Shown here piece by piece: positions 42,853 to 56,029 of a DNA stretch of 64,000 nucleotides. The stretch's first letter is position 1; each line of letters opens with the position of its first letter. Source of the stretch: Eledone cirrhosa (lineage: Eukaryota). The notes beneath the pieces were generated by a model. It did no database searches, was not told the DNA's origin, and was given only the letters and a program-made list of their open reading frames with translations. The DNA lies in NCBI GenBank assembly GCA_964016885.1, contig OZ024740.1, positions 127,410,001 to 127,474,000 on the forward strand, in the 5' to 3' direction. The position numbers and the translations under genes were made by a program.

Positions 42853-43085
42853 TATGTATAGGTATATATATATATGAGATTATATATGTATGTGTGTGTG
42901 CATGTGTATATATGTATATATATGTGTGAATGTATGTGTTTGTGTGTGTGTGTGTATGTATGTGTATGAATGTGTGTGCAAATGTATGTATGTGTATGTA
43001 TAGTATAGTTTACACGAGAGAGACATACGTACTTGTAGCTGTGTATATATATGTATATATATATATGTGTATGTATGCATATATA

Positions 43086-43120
<35 letters not shown>

Positions 43121-43142
43121 GTATGCGCGCGTGTGTATGTGT

Positions 43143-43182
<40 letters not shown>

Positions 43183-43328
43183 ATGTGTATGCGTGTGTGT
43201 GTGTATATTTGTGTGTTTGTGTTTTTCCTGTGTATATATGTATATATGTGTATGTATGTGTGTGTGTGTGTATATGTATGTGTGTGTGTGTGTATATGTA
43301 TGTGTGTGTGTATGTGTATGCGCACACA

Positions 43329-43382
<54 letters not shown>

Positions 43383-43500
43383 AGTGTGAATGTGTAGGTG
43401 TGCACACACACACACACATATGTATGTATGTATGTATATATATATAAGTATATATGTATGTGTGTGTGTAAGTGTTTTTGTATGTGGTTGTGAGTATGTA
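42620..43500. repeat. Long compound (TA)/(TG) microsatellite inside PLE 3' region
   Basis: Direct reading. Confidence 0.97.
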
Positions 43501-43946
43501 AATATATTTTATTCTTTCCATCCTACTAAAACACTCTGGCCACCTGTGGCTTGTATGTTAACTTGACCACTCACCCCAGTCTGTGCCATGATTCGGTCTT
43601 GTTAAATGTTTAATTTCTATTACCAACCCACCTAAAACATTTCCCTACTATATATCTGTTGAATTACTATTCTTGTGGTTTTTATTTCTTTATTTATTTG
43701 TTATTTATTTCTTTATTTATTTTATTTATTTATTCATTTATCTATTTATTTATTCATTTATTTATTTATTTACTTATTTATTTATTTCAAAAAAGCACTC
43801 TGGCTAATTGACCACTCCCCATAGAAAAAACGGCCTGTGCCATGAAGTGGTCCTGTGTATCTAAATACCCCCCCCCCCCCCCCCATCCACCACCCCTCCC
43901 TTGCCACTACCTAAATGTATAAATACCAGAACTTAATATGACACCC

Positions 43947-43997
43947 AGCTTCCTGAAGATTTCATCTGAATGAAACAGTACTAGTCCTGTAGAAGCT
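43947..43997 (+). ncRNA. Type I hammerhead ribozyme
   Basis: AGCTTC-CTGAAGA-t-TTC(atct)GAA-t-GAAA-CAG(tACTAGTc)CTG-TA-GAAGCT. Perfect stem I, palindromic loop III, GUA site. Confidence 0.88.
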
Positions 43998-44083
43998 CCT
44001 TCTATAAAATAAAAAAAATTTACTCTGCCATGTATCGAGTACCTTACTTACTGTGGTTATCCCCGACTCAACCCGGGACCTAC

Positions 44084-44147
<64 letters not shown>

Positions 44148-44622
44148 AGTCCAAAGAATAAGATAAAATATATACAGTATTTCCTCTCCCAAACAGTATA
44201 AATTAACCACATAAAAAATCATTTAGACGAGGCTATGAGTTTAAAATGTACTTATGAAGAAATTATAGACAAATGATACAGATTATTTTCCGCGATGTAC
44301 AGTCATATGACATTTATCTAATTATTTATTCTAGCCTGTAGAAATTGACTAGACAAGTAGTTAACTACACGGAATTGGGTACGAAATAGAAGTTTGAAGA
44401 CAAAATGCACATAAATTTAACCAGAATACTGTCTTTACCACCGTTCGTTTCGTTCCACTTTTTGGATATACCCGTCTTGGATAAATCCACGAGGCTTGAC
44501 ACTCATCAGGAGATACCCCAGACTGGACTAAGTTTCTTCTACCATGATCCCCGCCAGAAATGAATTCAAAATGGCTAAGAAGGATCACGTGGCCAGTGGT
44601 GAAGGTCGAAAGTTTGTGATTG

Positions 44623-45333
44623 GTGCCTCTCGGATTACTTGTTACAAACACGATTCATTCAGGGCGAAACAGATTAAATCTTTAGTCTGTCTGGGAGATG
44701 AAATAGTTATTGATATGGTATGTATGAGAAATATTGTAAGTATTCTTGTAACATCCCATATGATTCAGGTTGAATGATATATAACATTTGTGGTGTAACT
44801 TACCTTCGTAATTTTAGACACGAGTTTACTGTGTTTACTTCTACACATATTAATATTATAATGCTCAGTATTTATACTTTGAGCTTGTTAATTGCAGGGT
44901 ATCTATATGAGTTAATAACTCTATATTTTATTTGTATTTCGGCTCCTTATCTGTTGAGCTTATAAACATGAGTGTAAATAGGCTATTATTTCTAGCATAA
45001 CCACTCGCACCGCATATGGCTTTCAACGCACGAGGTGTAAACTTTACTGAGGTTATTGTTATATGTGTTATGTAACATTTAGTTTTATCTCCTGCTGACG
45101 AAATGCCTACGGATTACTTGTTACAAACCCGAGTCATTAAGGGCGAAACAGATTAAATCTTTAGTCTGTCGGGGAGATGGAATGGTTATTGATATGTTGT
45201 GTATGAGAAATCTTGTAAGAAATCTTGGAACATCCCATATGTTTCAGGTTGAATGATATATAACATTTGTGGTGTAATCTACCCTCATAATTTTAGACAC
45301 GAGTGTACTGTGTTTACTTCTACACATATTATT

Positions 45334-45335
<2 letters not shown>
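44623..45335 (+). mobile_element. ORF-less partial tandem repeat (~479-bp period) carrying a hammerhead; retrozyme-like
   Basis: 44623-44850 repeats at 45104-45330 (GAAA at 44666 and 45145). Ends in (TA)n. Confidence 0.75.
45087..45178 (+). ncRNA. Type I hammerhead ribozyme with 9-bp stem III
   Basis: ATCTCCtg-CTGACGA-aat-GCCT...GGGC-GAAA-CAGATTAAA(tc)TTTAGTCTG-TC-ggGGAGAT. GUC site. Confidence 0.72.
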
Positions 45336-45376
<41 letters not shown>

Positions 45377-45377
<1 letters not shown>

Positions 45378-48300
45378 CCGTTTGAATATGTATAATAAAG
45401 CCAAAACAATGCAGGTATGGACATAGAAAAAAGAATGCAATTGCAAAAGATATTGTTGACAATTTGTCCTTTACCTTATATTTATTTTAAGTGTCCTTAA
45501 TTTTCGAAATAATATCTCTTCTTCAGAGGGAAATAAAGGTCTCAAACCAGCGTTCTAAATATCTTGCCAAGCTATGCTGACAGGAAATAGTATAGAGTAT
45601 CTGTTCTATCTCTAATGTCAAAGAGTTAAAATTAGGTGGATAAAGAGTAGTCTCCCTTTAAAAGGAGTTTGTTTAGGGTTTTTTAAATTTTTTTTATATA
45701 CATGCCTGTTTAAGTGTGTGGGAGAATGCATGAAGGTGTAAGTATGTGAGTGTGTGTGTGTGAGTGTGAGGAGATAAGTCTATTCGTAAATGTGGGGGAT
45801 AGGTGTTATCTGGTGTTAGAACTGGTTTTGTGTGTGTATGTGTGAGAGAGAATAAGTGGAGGTGTAAGCGTGTGTGTGTGGGGTGTGTAAATATGGGGCT
45901 AGAAGCCCTATCAGTTTATAAATTGGGTGTTGAGTTCTAGTCTATTATTGATTGGTGGTTGTGTTTTATCTATAATTAGTGCTTCCTTAATTCTAAGATT
46001 GCCGAGGTTTCTTTCCTTAGTTTCTATCCTAACTGTAATGGTTTTGTCGGTGTTTTTGCATTTAACTAGGTGTTTCTTAAATGAGAAAGCGTTAGTATTG
46101 AGGTGTTCTTTTATTCTTATGTGGAGTGGTCTGGTGGTGCTACCTACGTAGAAGTTGTTGCATTTGTCACACTCTAGTCTGTATACGACGTAAGCCTGGT
46201 GGCATAGGTCTGTGTCGTTGATGGGGCAGTTGGCTCGTCTGCAGCAGTTGTCATATCTGGTGGAGTGTCTTTTGGTTAGCTGTCCGCGTAGAGAAGGACC
46301 TGAGTGGGCCAGTTGGATATCTAGTCCCTCACGTCTGATGGCTCTGCAGATGGCTGTTGTTTCTTCACTGAAGTGTGGGAGCTTCAGGAAGCAAGTGTTA
46401 GTGCCTCGGGTGTGGTGTCCTCTGTTCTTTCTGGCACGGTTTGTGGTGGATGTCGTGTATCTATTTAGTTTGAGTACTTCCAGGAAATGTGTGGTGTGTG
46501 TGTCTCGGTCTCTAGCGTCGGTGCATTTGTTCCGGATACGTGCCAGTTCGTTCCTTATGTACCCGAACTTGGCACCGAGTGGGCGGGCCGATCTGAAATG
46601 TACGAACAGGTCCCTGCTGGCGGCTTTTTTATAGAAGCAGATGTGGATGTTGCCTTCCACTGTTACACTGAGTTGGAAGTCCAGTAGGGATAGGGATCCG
46701 CGGTCATCGGGGTGTTCCATGCTGAACTCTATACTGGCGTCCATGCTGGAGAATGTTGTGTATATTTTATCTGCCTCTTCACGGGATGATGTAAGGATGA
46801 GTATGTCATCTACATATCGGGTGAAGAAGGCATGGGAATGGCAGGTGTTGAGGGCTCGGCATTCTAGCTGGTTCATGTAGGTGATGGCCAGCAGGCCCGA
46901 TAGGCTGGATCCCATGGGTAATCCTGTTGTCTGTCTGTATGTGTGGTGGTGGAAGGTGAAGTAGGTGTTGTCTACTGTGAAGGACAAAAGATGGTGTATG
47001 TCCGTTGGGTGGAGGCCGTAGCAGTGGATGTCCTCTGCGACCACGCAGTCCGTCAATAAATCGACAGCTGGATGAGCGGGAACTGTAGTGTAGAGGGAGA
47101 CAACGTCGAGGCTAAAAGCGTATTTATTTAGTTTAAGTTGTTCTGGCTGGAGTTGGTGTAGTCTACGTATAACTTCGTCGGAGTTACTGACATGCCCGGT
47201 AAAGGTGGAAAGTAGAGGCTGGAGGAGCTGGGAGAGGAGCCAGGAAATTTTGTATAGGGGTCCTTCTATGCTAGAGACGATGGGTCTTATTTGCGTCTTA
47301 GTACTATTCTTGTGGGTCTTGATGAGGGGGTAGAAAGTCTGCTATTTCTAGTGGTGTAGTTGAGCTTAACTTTATTTGGGAGTTGTCTTCTCCTACAGAT
47401 ATCGAACCAAATGGAGTTGGTCTGTTTTTCGATCTGGGCTGCAGTCATGTCCGGGATCACTGTGTATAATTCACTGTCGCTTAGGTGTTCAAAGGCTAGG
47501 TTATTGTATGTAGCTTGCGAGATGACGCAAATCTCTTTACCTTTGTCGGATGGTAAGTATATAAGTTCCCTATTCCGTAGGTTCTTCACGGCGTGTTGTT
47601 GTGTCCTGGAGAGGATTGGGGCTATCTTCTTCTCTTTCCGTAAGATGTTAAATACGGAATGTTTTAGTCTCGAGAGTTTTTCTTCAAGCTCGCGGTTGGC
47701 AGGCGGTGGACAGAGTGGGCGATCTAGTTGGTATATCGGGAATCTGGGTTTGATGGATTCCGTGGTGTTGTTGTCGAGAGTCGATATCCATTTTAGTTGG
47801 TAGGCAGCCCGACAGAATTTCGTTTCTATGTCGAGCCATAGTTTGTCGTCTAGTCTCTGTTTCAATATGAACTTGGGACCCAGGCTGAGGAGGTCTAATT
47901 CCTCTCGGGAGAGGGATCCTGTCAAGTCTGTGACGAGGTGTTTTGCGTCAGGTGTGTGTTGTTGGTCGGGGCGCCGCTAGGTTCGGTGTTGGTACCGTCT
48001 TGTTCGCCTCTGTTGGTGTTTAGAGTTGGGATGTTGTTAAGACAGTTGGCCGTCCTGAGTTTGAGAAATTTTTGCGTTAGACGTATTTTCTCGTAGTCTC
48101 GGCGATGGTGGTATGACCTGTCTATAGTGGCGGAGATGACTCTGGACAGAGGTTCTGGGGTTTCAGCGAGTTGTGGTACAAGGCTGGAAATAGTCCGTAT
48201 GTGATGTTGTAGCGTGCGGTGTAGGTGTTGTATGAGTTTTCTTAGGCAGAATTTTTGTATGTAACTAAGTGATCGTTTGAGGCCTGGTGATTTGAAGCAT

Positions 48301-49085
48301 GTTGGTAGGTGCACATTTTTGATAGTTTTGGGGATGATGTTGTTATTCAGGTATCGTTTTAGGAAGTTTATTTGGCAGCCAGCTTTGGCGCGCTTTTCAG
48401 GTAGCTGGAAGAGTTTCTTTACAGTTGTGAACTGGTCCTGGCTCAGGCGTAAGGAAAGGAGGATGTTATAGTTCACTTGAAGCATTGTGTAATGAGGTAT
48501 AAACGTTTGAATATGTATAATAAAGCCAAAACAATGCAGGTATGGACATAGAAAAAAGAATGCAATTGCAAAAGATATTGTTGACAATTCGTCCTTTACC
48601 TTAGATTTATTTAAATGTCCTTAATTTTCGAAATAATATCTCTTCTTCAGAGGGAACTAAAGGTCTCAAACCAGCGTTCTAAATATCTTGCCAAGCCATG
48701 CTGACAGGAAATAGTATAGAGTATCTGTTCTATCTCTAATGTCAAAGAGTTAAAATTAGGTGGATAAAGAGTAGTCTCCCTTTAAAAGGGGTTTGTTTAG
48801 GGTTTTTTTTTATATACATGCTGTTTAAGTGTGTGGGAGAATGCATGAAGGTGTAAGTATGTGAGTGTGTGTGTGTGAGTGTGAGAAGATAATGTGAGGG
48901 ATAGGTGTTATCTGGTGTTAGAACTGGTTTTGTGTGTGTATGTGTGAGAGGGAATAAGTGGAGGTGTAAGCGTGTGTGTGTGTGCGCGTGCGTGTGTGTG
49001 TGTGGGGGGTGTAAATATGGGGCTAGAAGCCCTATCAGGTTATAAATTGGGTCTTGAGTTCTAGTCTATTATTGATTGGTGGTTG
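45377..49085 (-). mobile_element. Near full-length Penelope-like element with two direct pLTRs; ORF 48587-45911 broken by frameshifts
   Basis: LLSLGPKF, LPSDKGKE, SLDVVSLYTTVP, QTTGLPMGSSLS, TRYVDD, VVYRLECDKC..YVGSTTRPLHIRIKEH, LRIKEA. 45377-45960 is repeated at 48503-49085. Confidence 0.93.
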
Positions 49086-51238
49086 AACACCTAAGCGACA
49101 GTGAATTATACACTGTGATCCCGGACATGACTGCAGCCCAGATCGAAAAACAGACCAACTCCATTTGGTTCGATATCTGTAGGAGAAGACAACTCCCAAA
49201 TAAAGTTAAGCTCAACTACACCACTAGAAATAGCAGACTTTCTACCACCTCATAAAGACCCACAAGAATAGTACTAAGACGCAAATAAGACCCATCGTCT
49301 CTAGCATAGAAGGACCCCTATACAAAATTTCCTGGCTCCTCTCCCAGGTCCTCCAGCCTCTACTTTCCACCTTTACCGGGCATGTCAGTAACTCCGACGA
49401 AGTTATACGTAGACTACACCAACTCCAGCCAGAACAACTTAAACTAAATAAATACGCTTTTAGCCTCGACGTTGTCTCCCTCTACACTACAGTTCCCGCT
49501 CATCCAGCTGTCGATTTATTGACGGACTGCGTGGTCGCAGAGGACATCCACTGCTACGGCCTCCACCCAACGGACATACACCATCTTTTGTCCTTCACAG
49601 TAGACAACACCTACTTCACCTTCCACCACCACACATACAGACAGACAACAGGATTACCCATGGGATCCAGCCTATCGGGCCTGCTGGCCATCACCTACAT
49701 GAACCAGCTAGAATGCCGAGCCCTCAACACCTGCCATTCCCATGCCTTCTTCACCCGATATGTAGATGACATACTCATCCTTACATCATCCCGTGAGGAG
49801 GCAGATAAAATATACACAACATTCTCCAGCATGGACGCCAGTATAGAGTTCAGCATGGAAGACCCCGATGACCGCGGATCCCTATCCCTACTGGACTTCC
49901 AACAGAGGAAGGCAACATCCACACCTGCTTTTATAAAAAAGCCGCCAGCAGGGACCTGTTCGTACATTTCAGATCGGCCCGCCCACTCGGTGCCAAGTTC
50001 GGGTACATAAGGAAAGAACTGGCACGTATCCGGAACAAATGCACCGACGCTAGAGACCGAGACACACACACCACACATTTCCTGGAAGTACTCAAACTGA
50101 ACGTATACACGACATCCACAACAAACCGTGCCAGAAAGAACAGAGGACACCACACCCGAGGCACTAACACTTGCTTCCTGAAGCTCCCACACTTCAGTGA
50201 AGAAACAACAACAGCCATCCGCAGAGCCATCAGACGAGAGGGACTAGATATCCAACTGGCCCACTCAGGTCCTTCTCTGCGCGGACAGCTAACCAAAAGA
50301 CGCTCCACCAGACATGACAACTGCTGCAGACTAGCCAACTGCCCCATCAACGACACAGACCTATGCCACCAAGCTTACGTCGTATACAGACTAGAGTGTG
50401 ACAAATGCAACAACTTCTACGTAGATAGCACCACCAGACCACTCCACATAAGAATAAAAGAACACCTCAATACTAACGCTTCCTCATTTAAGAAACACCT
50501 AGTTAAATGCAAAAACACCGACAAAACCATAACAGTTAGGATAGAAACTAAGGAAAGAAACCTCGGCAATCTTAGAATTAATGAAGCACTAATTATAGAT
50601 AAAACACAACCACCAATCAATAATAGACTAGAACTCAACACCCAATTTATAATCTGATAGGGCTTCTAGCCCCATATTTACACACCCCACACACACACAC
50701 ACGCGCACACACACGAGCTTACACCTCCACTTATTCTCTCTCACACATACACACACAAAACCAGTTCTAACACCAGATAACACCTATCCCCCACATTATC
50801 TTCTCACACTCACACACACACACTCACATACTTACACCTTCATGCATTCTCCCACACACTTAAACAGGCATGTATATAAAAAAAATTAAAAAAACCCTAA
50901 ACAAACCCCTTTTAAAGGGAGACTACTCTTTATCCACCTAATTTTAACTCTTTGACATTAGAGATAGAACAGATGCTCTATACTATTTCCTGTCAGCATG
51001 GCTTGACAAGATATTTAGAACGCTGGTTTGAGACCTTTATTTCCCTCTGAAGAAGAGATATTATTTCGAAAATTAAGGACATTTAAATAAATCTAAGGTA
51101 AAGGACGAATTGTCAACAATATCTTTTGCAATTGCATTCTTTTTCTATGTCCATACCTGCATTGTTTTGGCTTTATTATACATATTCAAACGTTTATACC
51201 TCATTACACAATGCTTCAAGTGAACTATAACCTCCTCC

Positions 51239-51240
<2 letters not shown>
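49083..51240 (+). mobile_element. Inverted 5'-truncated copy of the same PLE
   Basis: Reverse complement of 45377-47492 with few differences. Junction microhomology TTG at 49083-49085. Ends in (TA)n. Confidence 0.93.
51044..51078 (+). ncRNA. Ultra-minimal hammerhead-like motif in pLTR (also 45495-45529 and 48619-48653 on -)
   Basis: CCT-CTGAAGA-a-GAGAT(att)ATTTC-GAAA-AT-TA-AGG. Stem III reduced to palindrome AATT. Confidence 0.5.
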
Positions 51241-51329
<89 letters not shown>

Positions 51330-51331
<2 letters not shown>

Positions 51332-52905
51332 GAATTAAAAGATGGTTTAACAAGTTCCAGATATTTTATTATGCGCATTTCAAAAATTAATATCATCCTG
51401 GGACGATAGTTGCGTTCTCATCAGATAAAATAAAGTAACATGGTATGAGGCCTAAAAAAACACTTGTGCACAAGAAAGTGTCCATCAACATATCATTAAA
51501 AAAAAATATAAAATGAGAGAGAAGATTGGAAAAAAGAAGGAAGAGGGAAAAGAAAAAAGAAGGAGAGGATAACAGAGGGAAAATTTAAGAAGGAGCGAGG
51601 AGAGAGAAAGAGAAAGGAGAGAGGTAAGGAATCTTAAACGGGAAACGCTGTCAAAACTGAAAAAACAGCGTAAAAAATATATACGGCTACGAAATAAATA
51701 AATGAATAAATTGATGAAGTTTATGATTGATGAGGTTTATGATTACTGATATAGAAACTAGGTATATTATTTATTTAGGGTTTATATACTAAACAAATGT
51801 ATTAAGAGGTATGACAATGTATTATTAAAATAAAATATAGTAAAATAAAATTAAATCATTTATAAGCGTAGAAGACGATATAATGTCATAGTTTGTTTAA
51901 ATAGAGTGTAATAGAAAAATGTGAGAAAAATGTGTTTTGAGATATTTATGTGAGAAAATATATATATGTGTAGTAGAAAATTAATAGAGTAGTCAAACCA
52001 TGTAAAAAATTAAAAGTTAACAATTAAAAAGTATAGATTATATATATAAAAAAATATAAATTATATATAAAAATATTATATATGTGGGAAAATTATTGAA
52101 ATATTTAAATATTAATTTAATCCACAAGTAAATAAAGGTAAATGTTATAATTATTTAAGCGTAGAAAAAAGCGTAGAAAAAGCGAAGAAAAAAATGAAGA
52201 AAACATGACGTCATAATATGTTTACAAAATCTACTGAACAAATTTGATGTGATAAAGGAGGAAAAGTGAGCTTTAAAATAGTGAGAAAAAAGAATATAAA
52301 GAAACATAAAATATGAACTATTTAAATAATATTTTGTATCACCAAGTAGATAAAGGAAATTGCTAGAGTGATTTAAAGAGTAGAAGACCATATAACGTCA
52401 TAGTATGTTTAAAACTTTGTAGAATGTACTGCAATATGCGAGACAAAAAGTGTAAAAAGATATTTGTGTAAAAAAAAGAATATATATGTGTAAAAAATGT
52501 TAACCTTATTCATGGAATAAAATATAGGGTATATCTGTGAAATGACCTAAGAGATTTATGGATGCAGAGAGCAAATAAATCTGTGCGCCCATTTATTATA
52601 GAGTTGAAATTCGAGATAATGGTAAATTTTTCAGCTAGACATAAATTACAAACCCTAGATATAGAAGCATTAGAATATGGAGAAGCATTGCATATTTTAC
52701 GCCAAGAAATGTTGTAATTAATGTTTTATCTTTTAAGGACCAGATGAGTTAGGAGAGTGCAGTGTTTGTTCTTTTAAGTGGATATTTAAATGAGGGAGAA
52801 TGGTTATATAGCCTTGCCTTAAAAGAAGTAGAAGTGGAAGTAGAGGCAATATATACTCCAGTTCAATCAGCTGTTGAGTGCTACTTATCCGATATATGCA
52901 TTGTT
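51330..52905 (-). mobile_element. PLE relic: GIY-YIG remnant (52905-52550) plus AT-rich 3' pLTR
   Basis: Minus strand GVYIASTS..SFKARLYNH..SF..TALS*LIWSLKDK and PYSNASISRVCNLCLAEKFTII. Not in ORF track. Confidence 0.75.
51363..51431 (-). ncRNA. Type I hammerhead ribozyme
   Basis: ATTTTAT-CTGATGA-gaa..TATCGTCC(ca)GGATGATA..ttt-GAAA-TGCGCA-TA-ATAAAAT. 7-bp stem I, palindromic stem III. Confidence 0.8.
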
Positions 52906-53036
52906 TTATTGTTCTACAATAAAACTCACCTACTACATTATATATATATATATATATATATATACATTATGAAGAGAGAAGAAACATTTAGATATAATTA
53001 GTAATAAAATGTATCATACCCAAACTGTTCCTAAAT

Positions 53037-53124
53037 TCCTCGACTACGTAGTTTCGTGGCATAAACAAAAACAATATATCAAAGATATAGAGTCCTTGCG
53101 AGGTCTGCCGACTTATCAAGAGGA
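53037..53124 (-). ncRNA. Degenerate hammerhead (core TTGATAA) in ORF-less module 52965-53400
   Basis: TCCTC-TTGATAA-GTcGGCA...TGCCAC-GAAA-CTACGTAG-TC-GAGGA. All stems intact, two core substitutions. Confidence 0.6.
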
Positions 53125-53420
53125 TACCTCATTTTACTAGTCTCAAGAACGCGTCTACACGACGTGAGAAAGAATCCCAAAAGGCGGAGGGGGAGATAGT
53201 CACGCGATATAACGGTCGAGAAACAGAGCTAAGCCTCTTATAACCACGAAGAAAATACCACGGAGGCGGAGGGGGTATTCATATCGAGGCCGTAGAAGAG
53301 GTAGTGAAGAAGGCGAGAAGTATGAGTAATGGAAGCTTTCCAGTTGTCCCCACACCTCAAAGATTGCTCGACCAGAGGGAGTTATTAATATATTTAGAAA
53401 CACACAGATACATGCGGACG

Positions 53421-53508
<88 letters not shown>

Positions 53509-53604
53509 AATATATATATATATATGTATATACATATATATACTCTTTTACCTGTTCCAGCCATCCGGCAGAGGCTATGCTGGGGCACCGCCCTTGTTGC
53601 TACA

Positions 53605-54635
53605 CATTTCATCTCCATCCTATATCTCTCCCGTCTTCGTTCCAAGGATGAGAGTTTCAGTTCTTTTAGCCTCTCCCAATAGCTTATCTCCTTTATCGTC
53701 ACAATCCTCTTCGTGTAGCCTCGCTGGTTTGCCTCAAGCTCCGTCGTTACTTTGACACAATGGGGTGACCACAACTGGCAGAAATAGTCCAGGCGGCTTA
53801 GTACAAATGTCCTACATAGTGTCAAAATGTATTCTCGGTCTCTTGTCCGGAAATTCAACAAGATCCAGCCAGGGAGTCGTCTGCACATTCTCGCCACTTT
53901 CATGATGTGTATGGAAAAAGATGCCTCATCGCTCATGTCTATACCTAAGTCTCGTATCGATTTCGACACGGGATATCGGTCCCTCCTGGTCCGGCGTAAC
54001 TGTGTTGTTCTGTATTTGTGTTTGCAGGTTTGTATTGTAGGGCTTGGAATTTGCCAGCATTAAACTGCATGTTGTTGTCTTCCGCCCATTTTTGTATATG
54101 GCATACATATCTTGTTGTAAAAGGGCAGCATCCGCCGGGTTTTCGATTGCCTGTGCTACCTTAGTGTCATCAGCATAGCTAGCGAGGGATATTGTTTTAT
54201 GTACTACAGAGGGCATGTCTGATAGAGCCGCCGAAAACAGTAGTGGCTCCAGGACTGTGCACTGGGGCACCCCACTTGTTATTGATGCTTCCTTTCAGTG
54301 GGCCCAGTTTGCTGCGACTGTCTGTGTTCTGTTCTTTTCCAGTTATGCCGAGTCCGTGTAGTTTGTGACATATCATTCCGTGGTCGACCTTGTCAAAGGC
54401 CTTCGCAAAGTCAAGATATATCACATCCACATGTAAGCTGTCTTGCAGTTATTTCAGTACCCAGTTGTAGAGATGTAGCAGCTGTGTAAGGCAGCTTCTC
54501 CCTAGGCGAAAGCCATGCTGCGTGCTAGTCAGGCGGTCATTTTCCTCGAGGAAAGTGATCAATTTCTTTCTGATGATTCGCTCCATGAACTTACTGATAT
54601 GTACGTCAGAGAGACTGGCCTATAGTTTTTGGATA
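53605..54635 (-). pseudogene. CR1-type LINE RT fragment
   Basis: [65 protein letters not shown]. Confidence 0.92.
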
Positions 54636-54653
54636 TGTAAATATATATATATG

Positions 54654-54733
<80 letters not shown>

Positions 54734-54756
54734 TATGTATATACACACACAAATAC

Positions 54757-54825
<69 letters not shown>

Positions 54826-55658
54826 GAGAGAGAGCTTTATCCGATATTATTGTTACAATCTTCAAAACACTGCAACATTGTAACCAACGATGGAAGCAGA
54901 GACTATTTATGAAGGTCGTGCATAGTGTAAATTAGTAAATTATATGGATTTACTTTCATTATTGACTACTCCATTTGCATCTACTCGTTTCCATGATTGG
55001 GTAAGCACATACACTCATGCATACTGTACTGAAGATAGCGTGATAGATAGACGATAGAAATATAGAGGTAATACAAGAAACTTAACTGGTAATATCTATT
55101 ATGAATTTACCTGCATACATATACACACATATGTGAGTGCAAAAGTGAGAATGTGTGTGTCCATGTGTGTCTATGTATGGGTCTATATATATGTTTGTAT
55201 TTTTTTTTATATTACGAGACATCATTTAAAACTTACGAAATAAACACATAGTCGCATAACATTTTCAACAACTAATAGCTTTCAGATAACATTTCAAAAC
55301 TTAGAAAATTGAAACCTTTGTTCAGAATCAGATATGAACCTTTTATTTCTCTATGTATACGAAAGATACATTTACTTAGATGTAAGAAGGAAATTAACTA
55401 TATTCTGTAATGTTATAATTTCAATATAACAAATATATATACTAAATTTCATTTGCCCGCACGTATGATTTAGTTGGCAAATGTGGTTAACACTCCACAG
55501 TTGCCAATTTTTCGACTTAGTCAACAAATAAAGCACAAATATAATTATATAAAATGTAATTAAAGGAAGAAATTTTAGATGCATTGTGATATATATACTA
55601 CACACACACACACAAACACACACTCACATGTATATATGTGTGTTGTCTGAACAGTGAA

Positions 55659-55768
55659 CAGTTTCTGATGATCTAGTAGAGTTAACATCGTATTTAAAAC
55701 TGAGTGGCACTGTTTTTAGTGTTCAGCAATTTTTAGACATCTCTATCAGTGAAACAATTGTTAGACTG
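55659..55768 (+). ncRNA. Type I hammerhead ribozyme with long stem II in ORF-less module ~55640-55990
   Basis: CAGTTT-CTGATGA-t-CTAGTAGAG...CTCTATCAG-t-GAAA-CAATTG-TT-AGACTG. Confidence 0.8.
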
Positions 55769-56029
55769 CAAATAATTCCCCTTTTTTGTACTGTTGACCA
55801 TGTTATTCTCTACTTTTTCAATGTTATTACTCCAAGATAAACTTACATAGGAATACAAGTAAAATCATAAGCTCGTCATCGACGTAAACCTCTTGGTGAG
55901 TCAAGCAACGCCGTACGCTAAAATTATCTATAATAAGAAGTATTCACAACCTCTAATTGGATTACCTATAACGATATTTTGTTATCCTTTATATATATAT
56001 ATATATATATATATATGCATTCTCCTGGT

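Larger units (their letters stand above)
41177..44085 (+). mobile_element. 5'-truncated PLE (GIY-YIG 41499-41945) with microsatellite-rich 3' region and inverted 5' pLTR copy
   Basis: CPLNNNCLKKDLVYIC, YIGMTSNSFKTRWYAH, CDLCISE. 41177-41478 is the reverse complement of ~43700-44009. Confidence 0.9.
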
